Assembly: GCA_009841015.1 (NCBI GenBank)
Contig: VXMQ01000016.1
Span: 1,419-65,418 of the forward strand
DNA from: Candidatus Palauibacter denitrificans
GTDB taxonomy: Bacteria; Gemmatimonadota; Gemmatimonadetes; Palauibacterales; Palauibacteraceae
Reading direction: 5' to 3'
DNA: 64,000 nucleotides
Below the pieces are notes generated by a model that saw only the letters and a program-made list of their open reading frames with translations, was not told the origin of the DNA and did not search any database. Made by a program: the position numbers and the translations under genes. Positions 51,450 to 61,410 of the stretch are shown piece by piece (positions within the stretch are counted from its first letter, which is position 1; the number at the start of each line of letters is the position of its first letter).

Positions 51450-52573
51450 GTCCCCTCACTCCCTCCCGATATCCCGGCGGTTCCCGCTTCTCCCCGCTTC
51501 CGGAACGCGAGCCACGCGCCGACGGTGAGGACGGGCAGGACGTAGTAGACGATGAACCCCCACGTGATCGTCCCGTATCCCTGCCGGATGAGGTCGATGA
51601 GGCCGAGAGGGGTGAGGGAGAGCGCGACCCCGAGGAAGACCGCCGCAACCACCGGCCTCGCCCAGCTCGGCATCCCGGCCCCGCGCTCGCGCCGCGTGAC
51701 GGCGAGCCGCTCGTTCACCGCGTGAATCATCCCCGTCCCGGTCTCGATCAGGGTGCCGAAGAGGATGACCTGGTAGGCGATCTGGAACGTCCTCGACCCG
51801 AGCGCCTCGAGGATGAAGTTCGAGGGGACGGTCGCGTCGATGATCGCGGGGTAGTGCGGCACCATCGCGAGGTAGAAGAAGAACGCCGGCAGCATCCCGA
51901 TGACACCGGCCAGCAGTCCGGCCCACACGGCCTGGTTGCGGGTCTGGATATGGCGCACGGTGAACAGCGCCACGGCGGCCGCCGAGAGGTTGTAGCCGCC
52001 GTACTGCACCCCCTTCACGAGCCAGTCGCCGTCGAGGCTGCCGGCGGCGAAGCTCGGGCCCAGCGTGGACCCGAAGCGCACCAGCGACCATACGACGAGC
52101 GCCACGAACACGGCATAGAGCGCGAACGACCAGCCGGCGAAGAAGCGCTCGATCGCGGTGCTGCCGTAGAAGAGGAGGAGTGCGACCGCCCCCAGCGCCA
52201 CGATCACGCCCAGCCAGTAGGGGAGTCCGAAGGTCTCGTCCGCGATCGAGCCCGCCGCCGCCCCGATGACCGCCAGCACGAGCAGCGTCAGCAGCACGTA
52301 GGTGACCTCGAACAGGGTCCAGGACGGGCCGAGCAGCCGCTTGAAGAAGGTGCGGTATTCGTAGCTGCGGAACTGCCGCGCGAGTTCGAACGTGACGGCG
52401 CACACCGCGCTCCAGATCGCAGTCGAGAGCGCCATCGCCCAGAGGCCGGGTGTGGGGCCGATCGAGAGGAAGAACTCGACGTTCTCCCGTCCCGTGCCGT
52501 ATCCGCCGGCGATGACGGCGGACTGGAAGACGAGCCCCGGCAGCAGATAGCGGCGGAACCAGGGAGCTTTCAC
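51446..52573 (-). CDS. Polytopic membrane protein, YkvI-like putative transporter
   Basis: About 11 TM segments. N-terminus AVIAGGYGTGRENVEFF resembles the YkvI family. 4-nt overlap with the symporter gene. Confidence 0.5.
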   Translation of the reverse strand: MKAPWFRRYLLPGLVFQSAVIAGGYGTGRENVEFFLSIGPTPGLWAMALSTAIWSAVCAVTFELARQFRSYEYRTFFKRLLGPSWTLFEVTYVLLTLLVLAVIGAAAGSIADETFGLPYWLGVIVALGAVALLLFYGSTAIERFFAGWSFALYAVFVALVVWSLVRFGSTLGPSFAAGSLDGDWLVKGVQYGGYNLSAAAVALFTVRHIQTRNQAVWAGLLAGVIGMLPAFFFYLAMVPHYPAIIDATVPSNFILEALGSRTFQIAYQVILFGTLIETGTGMIHAVNERLAVTRRERGAGMPSWARPVVAAVFLGVALSLTPLGLIDLIRQGYGTITWGFIVYYVLPVLTVGAWLAFRKRGEAGTAGISGGSEGT

Positions 52574-52706
52574 ACTGGCGTCCCTTTCTCTCGGCCGGCC
52601 CCTGCCCCAAGGTTGCGCCCGTCAGCGAGGGGCGAGTCAACAGGGGCACCGGGCACCGGCGGCCACATGCGACCCGCCAAGCTACTCTCGACACCGAGGG
52701 CCGGCG

Positions 52707-54776
52707 ATGGAACGAGACAGCCGCGAGACGTTCGGCTCACGCTTCGGGCTCGTGGCCACGATGATCGGCGTCGCCGTCGGTCTCGGGAACGTGTGGCGCT
52801 TCCCGTACATGGTCGGCGAGTTCGACGGGGCGCCCTTCGTGGCCTTCTACCTCCTCGCCGTGGTGCTGATCGGCGTTCCCGCGCTCATGGCGGAATGGAC
52901 GCTGGGCCGGCACACCCGCCGCGGCCCGGTCGGCGCGTTCGCGTCGGCCGGGCTCCCCTTCGGCCGCGCCCTCGGCTGGATCTTCTTCGTCGGCGTCACC
53001 GCCGCCACCGGCTACTACTCGAACGCGCTCGGCTGGGTGCTGTACCACGCCCTGGCCGGGCTGCTCTCCGGCGTCGGGATCGAGATCGACGCCGCCGCGA
53101 TCCTGCCCCCGGACGAGGGGTTCTCCCTCCGCTCCTTCCTCCTGCAGTGCGTCTGCACGGGCGCCGTCCTCCTCGCCTGCGCGGTCGTGCTGCGCCGCGG
53201 CCTGCGCGGCGGCATCGAGAAGGCGAGCCGCTTCATCGTCCCTCCGCTCCTCGGCGGCCTCCTCATCCTCATCGTCCGCTCGCTCACGCTGCCCGGCGCG
53301 GACGAGGGTCTCCGCTGGTATCTCGGCGCCTTCGACCCCGGCGCGCTCACGCCGCCCGTCATGCTCGGGGCGCTGGGCCAGGCGATCTTCAGCCTCTCGC
53401 TGGGCGGCACGTTCATGGTCGTGTACGGCTCCTACCTGAACCGCGGCGACCCCCTGCGCGGCAACGCCGTCTTCACCGCGGGCGGCGACCTCTGCGCCGG
53501 ACTCCTGGCGGGGCTCGCCATCTTCCCCGCCGTGTTCGCCTTCGGACTCGAACCGGCGAGCGGCCCCGGTCTCCTCTTCGTCACGCTGCCCGAAGTGTTC
53601 GGCCAGATCCCGGCCGGGGCCGTGTTCGGGACGCTCTTCTTCCTGGCGCTGTTCGGGGGCGCCTACCTGTCGGACGTGGCGGCGCTGGAGGTGCTGGTGG
53701 CCGGGGTCACCGACAACACCGGGATCGGCCGCTCGCGCGCCGTCACCCTGACGACGGTGGTCGTGTTCGCGTTCGCGCTGCCCCCGATGATCAACATGAA
53801 CGTGTTCATGCCTTGGGATCTGACCTTCGGATCGGGTTTCCAGACGCTCGGCGCGCTGCTCTCGGTCGTCGCCGTGGGGTGGGCTCTGGACCGCTCCGAG
53901 GTGTTGCGGCAACTGGCGGCGGGCGAGGATGGGCCACGCGGGCGGCGGGTGCCCACGCTCTGGCTCTACTACTGGCTCCGCTTCGTCATCCCCGCCGCGA
54001 TCCTCGCCGTCGGCGCCTGGTGGCTGGCGAGGGACGTCCTGGGCAATCCGGGGGGCGACCCGCCGTCCGCCGCCCGGGCCACTTTGGCCATCGAGGAGGT
54101 CTCGGTCCTCCCGATGGACGGCGAGCGCGTGCTCCCCGGCGTGACGGCGCTCATCGGCGACGGCCGCGTGCTCGCCGTGCAGCCGTCAGCCGAGGCGGAC
54201 GTCCCCGATGGCGCCGTGCGGGTCGACGGCCGCGGCCGCTTCCTCATCCCGGGCCTCAACGACATGCACGTCCACTTCGGTGAGGAGTCGGCGCTCGGGC
54301 GGTTCCTGGCCACCGGAGTCACCGGCGTGCGCATCCTGTCGGGCGGACCGCACACGCTCGGCTTTCGCGACCGCGTCCGGAGCGGCGAACTGGCCGGGCC
54401 GGACATCCACACGGCGGGGCCCATCATCGAGGGGTTGCCGCCGCCGGAATTCGCCGCCGTCATCGACACCGCGGGACGCGCGATCGTCCGCGGCGGCCTA
54501 CCGGGGCATCGTCGCCGCGGGTCTGTCGCCGTGCGAGGCGCGGCGAATGGCTCGACCGCGCGACGCTGGACGCGATGCTGCGGGAGGCCGCAGGGCGCTG
54601 ACCCCCGCCCGCGGGCCTATTTCGTCCAGATCGCGACCACGCCGCACCGGGAATTGGGTCCGGTGAACTCGGCCGGCAGCGATGCCGCACCCTTGTACAC
54701 CTCGAGGCCTGCGATGTCGACGGTGGGCCACATGTCGGCCTCGCCTTCCTCACTGATGAGAATGCCATCGAGGTAG
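52707..54776 (+). CDS. Sodium-dependent NSS (SNF) family transporter; the ORF continues in frame into an amidohydrolase remnant
   Basis: N-terminus GLVATMIGVAVGLGNVWRFPY is the NSS signature. The transporter portion ends near 54080. The rest of the ORF is described in the pseudogene entry below. Confidence 0.8.
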   Translation: MERDSRETFGSRFGLVATMIGVAVGLGNVWRFPYMVGEFDGAPFVAFYLLAVVLIGVPALMAEWTLGRHTRRGPVGAFASAGLPFGRALGWIFFVGVTAATGYYSNALGWVLYHALAGLLSGVGIEIDAAAILPPDEGFSLRSFLLQCVCTGAVLLACAVVLRRGLRGGIEKASRFIVPPLLGGLLILIVRSLTLPGADEGLRWYLGAFDPGALTPPVMLGALGQAIFSLSLGGTFMVVYGSYLNRGDPLRGNAVFTAGGDLCAGLLAGLAIFPAVFAFGLEPASGPGLLFVTLPEVFGQIPAGAVFGTLFFLALFGGAYLSDVAALEVLVAGVTDNTGIGRSRAVTLTTVVVFAFALPPMINMNVFMPWDLTFGSGFQTLGALLSVVAVGWALDRSEVLRQLAAGEDGPRGRRVPTLWLYYWLRFVIPAAILAVGAWWLARDVLGNPGGDPPSAARATLAIEEVSVLPMDGERVLPGVTALIGDGRVLAVQPSAEADVPDGAVRVDGRGRFLIPGLNDMHVHFGEESALGRFLATGVTGVRILSGGPHTLGFRDRVRSGELAGPDIHTAGPIIEGLPPPEFAAVIDTAGRAIVRGGLPGHRRRGSVAVRGAANGSTARRWTRCCGRPQGADPRPRAYFVQIATTPHRELGPVNSAGSDAAPLYTSRPAMSTVGHMSASPSSLMRMPSR
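54080..54601 (+). pseudogene. Decayed amidohydrolase (N-terminal about 130 aa in frame with the NSS gene, then a deletion and frameshifts)
   Basis: Frame 0: VTALIGDGRVLAV...GRGRFLIPGLNDMHVHF...GVTGVRILSGG...GPDIHTAGPIIEG. Frame 1: AAGLSPCEA. Frame 2: ATLDAMLREAAGR-stop (54599-54601). The central part of the fold, including downstream metal ligands, is absent. Confidence 0.6.
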
Positions 54777-55732
54777 ACCTGCATGAGGCAACGCGAGCCG
54801 AAACCGGTGGCCATCCGCGTCGTGTACAGTCTGCAGGAGCGCGAACCCATACCGCAGACGCGTCGGATCGACGCTTCCTGCATGATCATGTCGGATATGA
54901 TCCGGGGGTTGCGACGCTCGATATCGGCCACGGTGTAGAAGGCGCCGAGTCCGAGCAGCTCACCCCAGCGCTTCCGCTCGTAGAAGCCCTTGATTTCCAG
55001 CCGGCGCAGGCGCACGGCCGTCGCCACGAGCGGTTCCATCTCGAGCGGAGCCGGGACGAGGCCGATCTGGATGTCCGTGGTCGCGCCGCGGACCACATTG
55101 ACGAGGTGGCGCAACGGGGCATACCCGAGATGCCGCACGGACAGTTCGTACACGCCCACCGGTACGTCGCTGAGTATGAAGCCCCCTTGCCGGTTCGTCT
55201 GAACCTCCTGGGCACGGCCCCCGAGGGACACCGCGGCCGCGGTCACGGGGGCGTCGCTGAGGGCGTCCGTCACCGTGCCCAGCAGACGCCCATGCTCCAC
55301 TGAAGCGACGCGAAGTCTGAGGATGACGTCCCGCGATGCCGCGAACCTGACGTTGACTTCGGTCTCGTCGCTGGCGGCGTCGCCGAACTCTGCGGACAGC
55401 GTCGCGTGACGGACGTCAACGGGGACGCAGAAAACGACTCGGCCGTCGGACCCGGCCTGAACGCGCAGCGGCGCGTCCAGCGCACGCTCGTCTTCCGACG
55501 CCAGACGAACGGTCGCGAACGGGATCGGGATCGAGCCGGACTCGTCCACGACAGCGACTCCAAGGGGAAGACCGGCGCCGCAGTCCTCCGACTCCTGCGC
55601 CGCCACCCCGGAGGACCCCACCGTGAACTGCAGCACGCCGAACAGGAGGCCGGCGAGCAGCGTCGCGCCGCGCGTTGGCGGCGTGACGACGCATCGGGAC
55701 GGTCCCCGGGAGCGTTCCCTCCGTTGATTCAT
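54617..55732 (-). CDS. CarboxypepD_reg-like domain protein with TonB-receptor plug-like C-terminus
   Basis: GTVTDALSDAPVTAAAVSL...TNRQGGFILSDVPVGVYELSV, C-terminal ...DIAGLEVYKGAASLPAEF....CGVVAIWTK. ATG 55732 lies 5 nt after GGAGG. Confidence 0.7.
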   Translation of the reverse strand: MNQRRERSRGPSRCVVTPPTRGATLLAGLLFGVLQFTVGSSGVAAQESEDCGAGLPLGVAVVDESGSIPIPFATVRLASEDERALDAPLRVQAGSDGRVVFCVPVDVRHATLSAEFGDAASDETEVNVRFAASRDVILRLRVASVEHGRLLGTVTDALSDAPVTAAAVSLGGRAQEVQTNRQGGFILSDVPVGVYELSVRHLGYAPLRHLVNVVRGATTDIQIGLVPAPLEMEPLVATAVRLRRLEIKGFYERKRWGELLGLGAFYTVADIERRNPRIISDMIMQEASIRRVCGMGSRSCRLYTTRMATGFGSRCLMQVYLDGILISEEGEADMWPTVDIAGLEVYKGAASLPAEFTGPNSRCGVVAIWTK

Positions 55733-55925
55733 GGCGACCTCCATAGAGGCTTCGGATGCGGCGGCACGATAGACTGACGGCGAAACGTCGCGCGCCGTCA
55801 CTCTTCACGCGGGGCGGCACTTGCAACGCGGCGCGACGACCGGTGAGGTTGGCCTTGAGATCCGGGTGCGCCGCCGGCCGCGCCGAGAACCTGTCGGATC
55901 GACTCAGGGTCATCGCAACGAGGAA

Positions 55926-57173
55926 TTGAACATCCGTTACCGCACGCTTCCAGCGCTCTGCGTCCTTCTCCTTCTGCCGCACGCAGCCGTCGGTCAGGAA
56001 GCCGTACGCCGGGTCTCGCTCGCGGGGGCCCTCGAAGCGTTCGCCGAGCACAGCCTCGCGCTGAGGATCGCGCGCTCCGAGGCCGCCGAAGTCTCCGGAA
56101 CCGCGCGCCAGTCCCGCGCCTGGTTCAACCCGTCGCTCTCCGTCAGACGCGACGCTCTCGATCGCAATGGCGACGAGTACTGGGAGGAGAATCTGCTCCT
56201 CTCTCAACCCCTGGAGTGGCCGGGCCGGACCGCGGCCCGCTACCGAGCGACCGCTCACGCGATCGAAGCGAGCACCGCCCGTTTCCGCAGCGACTCGACC
56301 CGGCTCGCCTTCGAGGTTCGCGAGGCCTGGGCACTCGCGTGGTTCGCGGAAGCGGCGGAACGCACCGCGCGGCAAGCCGCCGCGGTGATCCGGGAGGTGG
56401 CCGAGGATGCGGAAATCCGCCTGGAGGAGGGGGACATCTCCGCCTACGAGACGCGGCGGTTGCGACTGGAACGGGTGCGGGCCGAGCAGGATGTGGCGGA
56501 GGCCGAGCTCCGGGCCCGTGATGCACGTCGGCGCCTCGCCGGGCTGACCTTCCCCGGGACCGGAATCGAGGAGGTCGGGCCGTCCGCGGGGCTGGAAGCG
56601 CTGCCGCCCCCGGTGACTCGGGAAGCCGCGCTCGGCGCGCTGCTCGAGCGACCGGACCTGGAGGCCGCGGCGCGGGACCTGGACGCCGCGCAAGCCGAAT
56701 TCGCCGTCGCGAGGTCCCGTTGGATGCCCGACCCGACCGTCAGCCTGGGATATCGCCGGCAGGAGGGCGGATTCGAGGGACTCAGCCTGGGTCTCGATCT
56801 TCCGTTACCGCTGTTCGACCGGGGAGGGGGAACCCGGCAGGTGGCCGACGCCCGGAGCGCCACGGCCGCCCATCGCCTCGACCTCCGGAGGCGGCTGGCG
56901 GAGAACGATCTTCTGACGACCTCGGACCGCTACGCCTCCAGTCGCGCCCGGCTCGAAACGGCGGCCGATGGCCTGTCGGCGGATGCCGAGGCGCTGCTCG
57001 CCTCCGCAACGGCGGCTTACAGCGAGGACGAAATGTCGCTCCTGGAGTTGCTCGACGCGGCGAACGCGTTCCGGGGCGCCCGGCTCAGCGCGCTGTCCAT
57101 GCGATCCGCGGCGTGGATCGACTACTGGAACCTCCTGCGCGCCATGGGACGGGCCCCGGAGGGCGAGCCATAG
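55926..57173 (+). CDS. TolC/CzcC-family outer-membrane efflux protein
   Basis: Signal peptide, then two coiled-coil repeats with a LSLxEAL-type start (VSLAGALEAF). The start is uncertain: TTG 55926 gives a normal signal peptide; the ORF-track start is 55821. Confidence 0.75.
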   Translation: MNIRYRTLPALCVLLLLPHAAVGQEAVRRVSLAGALEAFAEHSLALRIARSEAAEVSGTARQSRAWFNPSLSVRRDALDRNGDEYWEENLLLSQPLEWPGRTAARYRATAHAIEASTARFRSDSTRLAFEVREAWALAWFAEAAERTARQAAAVIREVAEDAEIRLEEGDISAYETRRLRLERVRAEQDVAEAELRARDARRRLAGLTFPGTGIEEVGPSAGLEALPPPVTREAALGALLERPDLEAAARDLDAAQAEFAVARSRWMPDPTVSLGYRRQEGGFEGLSLGLDLPLPLFDRGGGTRQVADARSATAAHRLDLRRRLAENDLLTTSDRYASSRARLETAADGLSADAEALLASATAAYSEDEMSLLELLDAANAFRGARLSALSMRSAAWIDYWNLLRAMGRAPEGEP

Positions 57174-57230
57174 CCGGACCCCTCCTCCACGACTCATGCC
57201 CGGTTCGCGGGTCGGACATAGATTGAACGC

Positions 57231-59645
57231 ATGCACCCGCACGAACTGACGCCAGGGCAGCTTGAGGCCGCGGAGGATCCGGACCGGCTTCCCGGGCTTG
57301 CCGATGCCGAGTTCACGGCGCTGGGCCGCCGCGCGCGCCGGGTCGAGGGGCTGCGCAAGTCGACCGGCCGCGAAATCTACACGGACGACATCGTCCTGCC
57401 GGGGATGCTGCACGGGAAGATCCTCCGCTCCACCGAGGCGCACGCGCGGATCGTCTCCATGGACACGTCCGAAGCCGAGGCCCTCGACGGCGTGCACGGC
57501 GTCATCACCGGACGGGACATGCCGACGCCGTACGGGATCATCCCCTGGACCCGCGACGAGCACGCCCTCTGCTTCGACAAGGTGCGCTTCATCGGAGATG
57601 CGGTGGCGGCGGTGGCTGCGGTCGACGAGGACACGGCCAACACGGCCCTCGAGCGCATCCACGTCGAATACGAGCCGCTTCCCGTTTATCTCTCGCCCGA
57701 GGAGTCGCTGACCCCCGAGGCCGCCGCGGAGCCCATCCACGCGCCGCGCAAGCCGGGGGCGAACGGCAACATCCTCAAGCACGTCCACCTGGAGTTCGGG
57801 GACGTGGACGAGCGGATGGCGGAAGCGGACGTCACCATCGAGGGGGAGTACTTCTTCCACGGGACGACGCACACGCCGATCGAGCCGCACTGCGCGATCT
57901 CCCGCCTCAACCCGGATGGCGTGCTCGAGGTGTGGTCCTCGACGCAGGTCCCGCACTACCTGCAGCGCGAACTCGCGCGGGTGCTCGACCACGACGTGGC
58001 GAAGGTGCGGGTCGCGCAGCCGGCCGTCGGCGGCGCCTTCGGCGGCAAGTCCGAACCGTTCGATCTCGAGTTCTGCGTGGCGCTCCTCGCGATGCGCACG
58101 GGCCGTCCGGTGAAGATCCTCTATACGCGCGAGGAGCTTTTTTACTCCCACCGCGGCCGCCACCCCATGCACATGAAGTATCGGCTCGGCGCCTCGCGCG
58201 ACGGGAAGCTCCGGGCGCTCGACGCGCACACGACCCTGGACGGCGGCGCCTACGCCTCGTTCGGACTCGTGACGACGTACTACTCGGGGCAGCTCCTCAC
58301 CTCGCCCTGCCACATCGAGTCCTACCGCTTCGATTCGACCCGCGTCTACACGAACGTGGCCCCGTGCGGCCCCAAGCGCGGCCACGGCTCGGTACAGCCG
58401 CGCTTCGCGTACGAGATCTCGCTGGACAAGATGGCCGAGAAGCTCGGCCTCGACCCGTTCGAACTCCGCCGCCGCAACTTCATGGGCACGGGTCGGACGG
58501 TGAACGAGTTCAAGGTCCAATCCAACGGCTTCCTGGAGTGCCTCGAGGCGGTGGAACGCGCCAGCGACTGGAAGAAGCGCCACCGGCGGCTGCCGAGGGG
58601 TCGCGGTCTCGGGATGGCGGCCTCCTCGTACATCTCCGGCACGAACTACCCGATCTACCCGAACGCGATGCCCCAGGCGGCGGTGCAGGTGCAGATCGAG
58701 CGCTCCGGCCGGGTCGCGATCCTGCACGGCGCCTCGGAGATCGGGCAGGGGTCCGACTCCACGATGGCCTACATCGCGTGTGAGGAACTCGGCGTCCCGC
58801 TCGAATACGTGCGCGTCTTCTCCGCCGACACGGACCTCACGCCGGTGGACCTGGGCGCCTACTCCTCGCGCGAGACCGTCATGGTGGGGAACGCCTGCGT
58901 CGAGGCCTGCCGTACGCTGCGCGCGCAGGTCGAGGAAGCCGTCGGGGAGCAGTGGGGCGTGCCGGCGCCGCGGGTCCGTCTGGCCCGCGGCTGGGCGTTC
59001 GACGCGGAGGCTCCCGAAGACGCCGGCCGCCGGATCCCGATCTCCGAGGCGTTCAACGTCGCCGAGGCGAAGTTCGGACTGCTCGGCGCCGTCGGCTCCT
59101 ACGACACGCCGAAGGATGTCCACGGCGAGTACCGCGGTGGCACGATCGGATCCTCGCCCGCCTACTCGTTCACCGCGCACGTGGCCGAAGTCGAGGTCGA
59201 GGAGGACACGGGGGTCGTCGGGGTGAAGAACATCTGGGTGGCGCACGACTGCGGCCGCGCGCTAAACCCGGTGCTCGTGGAAGGCCAGATCGAGGGCTCC
59301 GCCTACATGGGCTTCGCCGAGGCGATCTTCGAGGAGCAGCTCTTCCGCGAAGGAGAGGTGGAAGGCGGTCTGCACACGTCGCCGTCGCTCCTCGACTACC
59401 GGATCCCCACCTCCATGGACTGCCCGGAGTTCGAGGCGCTCATCGTCGAGTCGGTGGATCCGGAAGGTCCGTACGGCGCCAAGGAGGCGGGCGAAGGGCC
59501 GCTGCACCCGTCGCTCCCGGCGATCGCGAACGCGATCCACGACGCGGTCGGCGTCCGCCTCGATGCGCTCCCCTTCACGCCGCAGCGCGTGTGGAGAGCG
59601 CTGCGCGCGCACGCCGCCGGGGCCGCGCGCGAGGACGTCGCCTGA
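57231..59645 (+). CDS. Xanthine-oxidase-family molybdopterin-binding subunit (no adjacent FeS/FAD partners)
   Basis: GLRKSTGREIYTDD, GGAFGGKSE and KEAGEGPLHPSLPAIANAIHDAVG motifs; 804 aa. Confidence 0.9.
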   Translation: MHPHELTPGQLEAAEDPDRLPGLADAEFTALGRRARRVEGLRKSTGREIYTDDIVLPGMLHGKILRSTEAHARIVSMDTSEAEALDGVHGVITGRDMPTPYGIIPWTRDEHALCFDKVRFIGDAVAAVAAVDEDTANTALERIHVEYEPLPVYLSPEESLTPEAAAEPIHAPRKPGANGNILKHVHLEFGDVDERMAEADVTIEGEYFFHGTTHTPIEPHCAISRLNPDGVLEVWSSTQVPHYLQRELARVLDHDVAKVRVAQPAVGGAFGGKSEPFDLEFCVALLAMRTGRPVKILYTREELFYSHRGRHPMHMKYRLGASRDGKLRALDAHTTLDGGAYASFGLVTTYYSGQLLTSPCHIESYRFDSTRVYTNVAPCGPKRGHGSVQPRFAYEISLDKMAEKLGLDPFELRRRNFMGTGRTVNEFKVQSNGFLECLEAVERASDWKKRHRRLPRGRGLGMAASSYISGTNYPIYPNAMPQAAVQVQIERSGRVAILHGASEIGQGSDSTMAYIACEELGVPLEYVRVFSADTDLTPVDLGAYSSRETVMVGNACVEACRTLRAQVEEAVGEQWGVPAPRVRLARGWAFDAEAPEDAGRRIPISEAFNVAEAKFGLLGAVGSYDTPKDVHGEYRGGTIGSSPAYSFTAHVAEVEVEEDTGVVGVKNIWVAHDCGRALNPVLVEGQIEGSAYMGFAEAIFEEQLFREGEVEGGLHTSPSLLDYRIPTSMDCPEFEALIVESVDPEGPYGAKEAGEGPLHPSLPAIANAIHDAVGVRLDALPFTPQRVWRALRAHAAGAAREDVA

Positions 59646-59698
59646 CAGTCCATGGCAACAGCCCTGCCGCGCTCGAGCGGCGAGCGCATCCCGCCGGA

Positions 59699-60118
59699 AT
59701 GAAGCAGTTCGTCCGACAACTCGCGGTCGAGACGCGGGGGAAGGGTCTGTACGAGATCACCCGCCCGATCCTCGAGTGGGTCGCCACCCTTGAGATCGAG
59801 ACGGGCATGCTCACCGTCTACATCCGCCACACGTCGGCGTCTCTGACGATCCAGGAGAACGCGGATCCGGACGTCCTCCACGACCTCTCGAACTTCTTCA
59901 CCCGCCTCGTTCCGGAGGGCGACCGCCACTACCGACACACGATGGAAGGGCCGGATGACATGCCGGCCCACATCCGGTCGGCCCTGACCCAGACACACCT
60001 TGCCGTCCCCGTGCTCGACGGAGCGCCGGCCCTGGGAACCTGGCAGGGGATCTTCCTCTTCGAGCACCGGACCCGCCCCCACCGCCGCAAGGTCGTTCTC
60101 CACGTTACCGGCGCATAG
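59699..60118 (+). CDS. yjbQ: YjbQ/UPF0047 family (secondary thiamine-phosphate synthase) protein
   Basis: GMLTVYIRHTSASLTIQENADPDV...DDMPAHIRSAL..T.L.VPV..G....GTWQGIFLFE. Confidence 0.85.
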   Translation: MKQFVRQLAVETRGKGLYEITRPILEWVATLEIETGMLTVYIRHTSASLTIQENADPDVLHDLSNFFTRLVPEGDRHYRHTMEGPDDMPAHIRSALTQTHLAVPVLDGAPALGTWQGIFLFEHRTRPHRRKVVLHVTGA

Positions 60119-60123
60119 CGGGT

Positions 60124-61308
60124 CTACCTGGAGCCGTACTTGCCGATGGCCGCGAAGTCGAGGTCGACCACGAATTCGCCCGAATCCGCGTCGCGCTCGA
60201 AGATGATGAAACCGAGTTCGGCAAGCCGCGTGAGTTCCCGGAAGAACGTTCGTGAAGTTACATCGCGATAAACGGTGCCGACGAAGGGTGAATCGATCAG
60301 CGCTTCGAGCGCGAGTCGCCGCGACGGGCGCTCCGAAAAGGGATCGGCCGGCTCCGTCTCCTCAAGGAGGAAACCCAGGAGGCCATGCTCCCGCTCGCTG
60401 ATGAGACGGCGACGCTCGCTTACTCGCTTGTCGCGTGCCCATGTCAGCGTCTGGCGGTAGACCAGGCGGTTCAGCTTCGAGTTGATGAAGGCGTTGATTC
60501 CGCGCAACTCGGCGTCGAAGCCACGCAGTCCGAATCCCACGAAAGGCGTGACGTCGAACGGTTGTACCCTGCGGCATTCCTGCAGACGACTCTTGTAGAG
60601 GTCTCCGTTGCGGTAGAAGTAGTTCGAGAGCCCGTAGAAACCGTGGACGTTGTATCCTCCTTCGAAGAGGATGGCAGCCTCGACGAGTCTCGACAGGCGG
60701 CCGTTCCCGTCTCCGAACGGATGGATGGTCACCAGGAAGAAATGGGCAAGCAGCGCTCTGACCACCGGATGTTCAGCTCGCACGCGCCGAGAGTTGACGA
60801 AAACCACGAAATCGTTCAGAAGCTGCTGAAGCTTCTCGTGAGGTGCTCCCAAGTGGACTCCGTCCAATTCCGGCGTACCTACTTGTACTCCGTACACTCT
60901 CAGCCGGCCCGGTACGTTGTTCACGTCATCGGAGCCCTTGGTGAGCAATTCGTGCATTCGCAGGATGTCCGCCACCGCCAGCGGTGCCTTGCCGAGTCCG
61001 AACCGTTCGCGAACCCAGTCCTGGGCGCCGGCGGCATTCTCGATCTGTCGAGATTCTCTGGTTGTGGCGTCGGCTTCGGTTTCACGATCCAGCAACTCAC
61101 GCACCTGAGCTTCCGACAGCGGGTTTCCCTCGAGGGCAGTTGTCCCGCGAATGGTTCTGATGCGGTTCAGCCGGTCAAGTTGGTCCCTCCAGTCCGGCGG
61201 CAGCAGGAGGTTCTCGACGGCCTTCCGGCTCGCCTCGATTTCGATGAGGAGAACGGTCAGGCCGGGCCCGTCGAGATGGTATTCGAAGCTGAATGTCTGC
61301 CAATCCAT
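60124..61308 (-). CDS. Fic-family protein (class II: N-terminal inhibitory motif) with C-terminal winged-helix-like domain
   Basis: Active-site motif HPFGDGNGRLSR. Inhibitory motif TTALEGN lies upstream of the core. G+C is visibly lower, about 58% in one hand-counted 100-nt sample. Confidence 0.88.
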   Translation of the reverse strand: MDWQTFSFEYHLDGPGLTVLLIEIEASRKAVENLLLPPDWRDQLDRLNRIRTIRGTTALEGNPLSEAQVRELLDRETEADATTRESRQIENAAGAQDWVRERFGLGKAPLAVADILRMHELLTKGSDDVNNVPGRLRVYGVQVGTPELDGVHLGAPHEKLQQLLNDFVVFVNSRRVRAEHPVVRALLAHFFLVTIHPFGDGNGRLSRLVEAAILFEGGYNVHGFYGLSNYFYRNGDLYKSRLQECRRVQPFDVTPFVGFGLRGFDAELRGINAFINSKLNRLVYRQTLTWARDKRVSERRRLISEREHGLLGFLLEETEPADPFSERPSRRLALEALIDSPFVGTVYRDVTSRTFFRELTRLAELGFIIFERDADSGEFVVDLDFAAIGKYGSR

Positions 61309-61356
61309 ACTTTAGGACACCTTATCTGACATCTTATCTGACACCCTATTTGACAG
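61309..61356. repeat. Four tandem 12-nt repeats between the putative fic promoter and the fic ATG
   Basis: Plus strand: ACTTTAGGACAC / CTTATCTGACAT / CTTATCTGACAC / CCTATTTGACAG. Minus strand: TGTCAAATAGGG TGTCAGATAAGA TGTCAGATAAGG TGTCCTAAAGT-ATG. Confidence 0.8.
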
Positions 61357-61381
61357 GTATGTAACATCGTGAACACCAATA

Positions 61382-61410
61382 ACCATAGGCATATCCGACG
61401 ATTAAATCAA
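61382..61410 (-). promoter_or_regulatory. Sigma-70-type promoter candidate for fic
   Basis: On the minus strand: TTGATT (61410-61405), 17-nt spacer, TATGGT (61387-61382), within an AT-rich tract. Confidence 0.4.
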
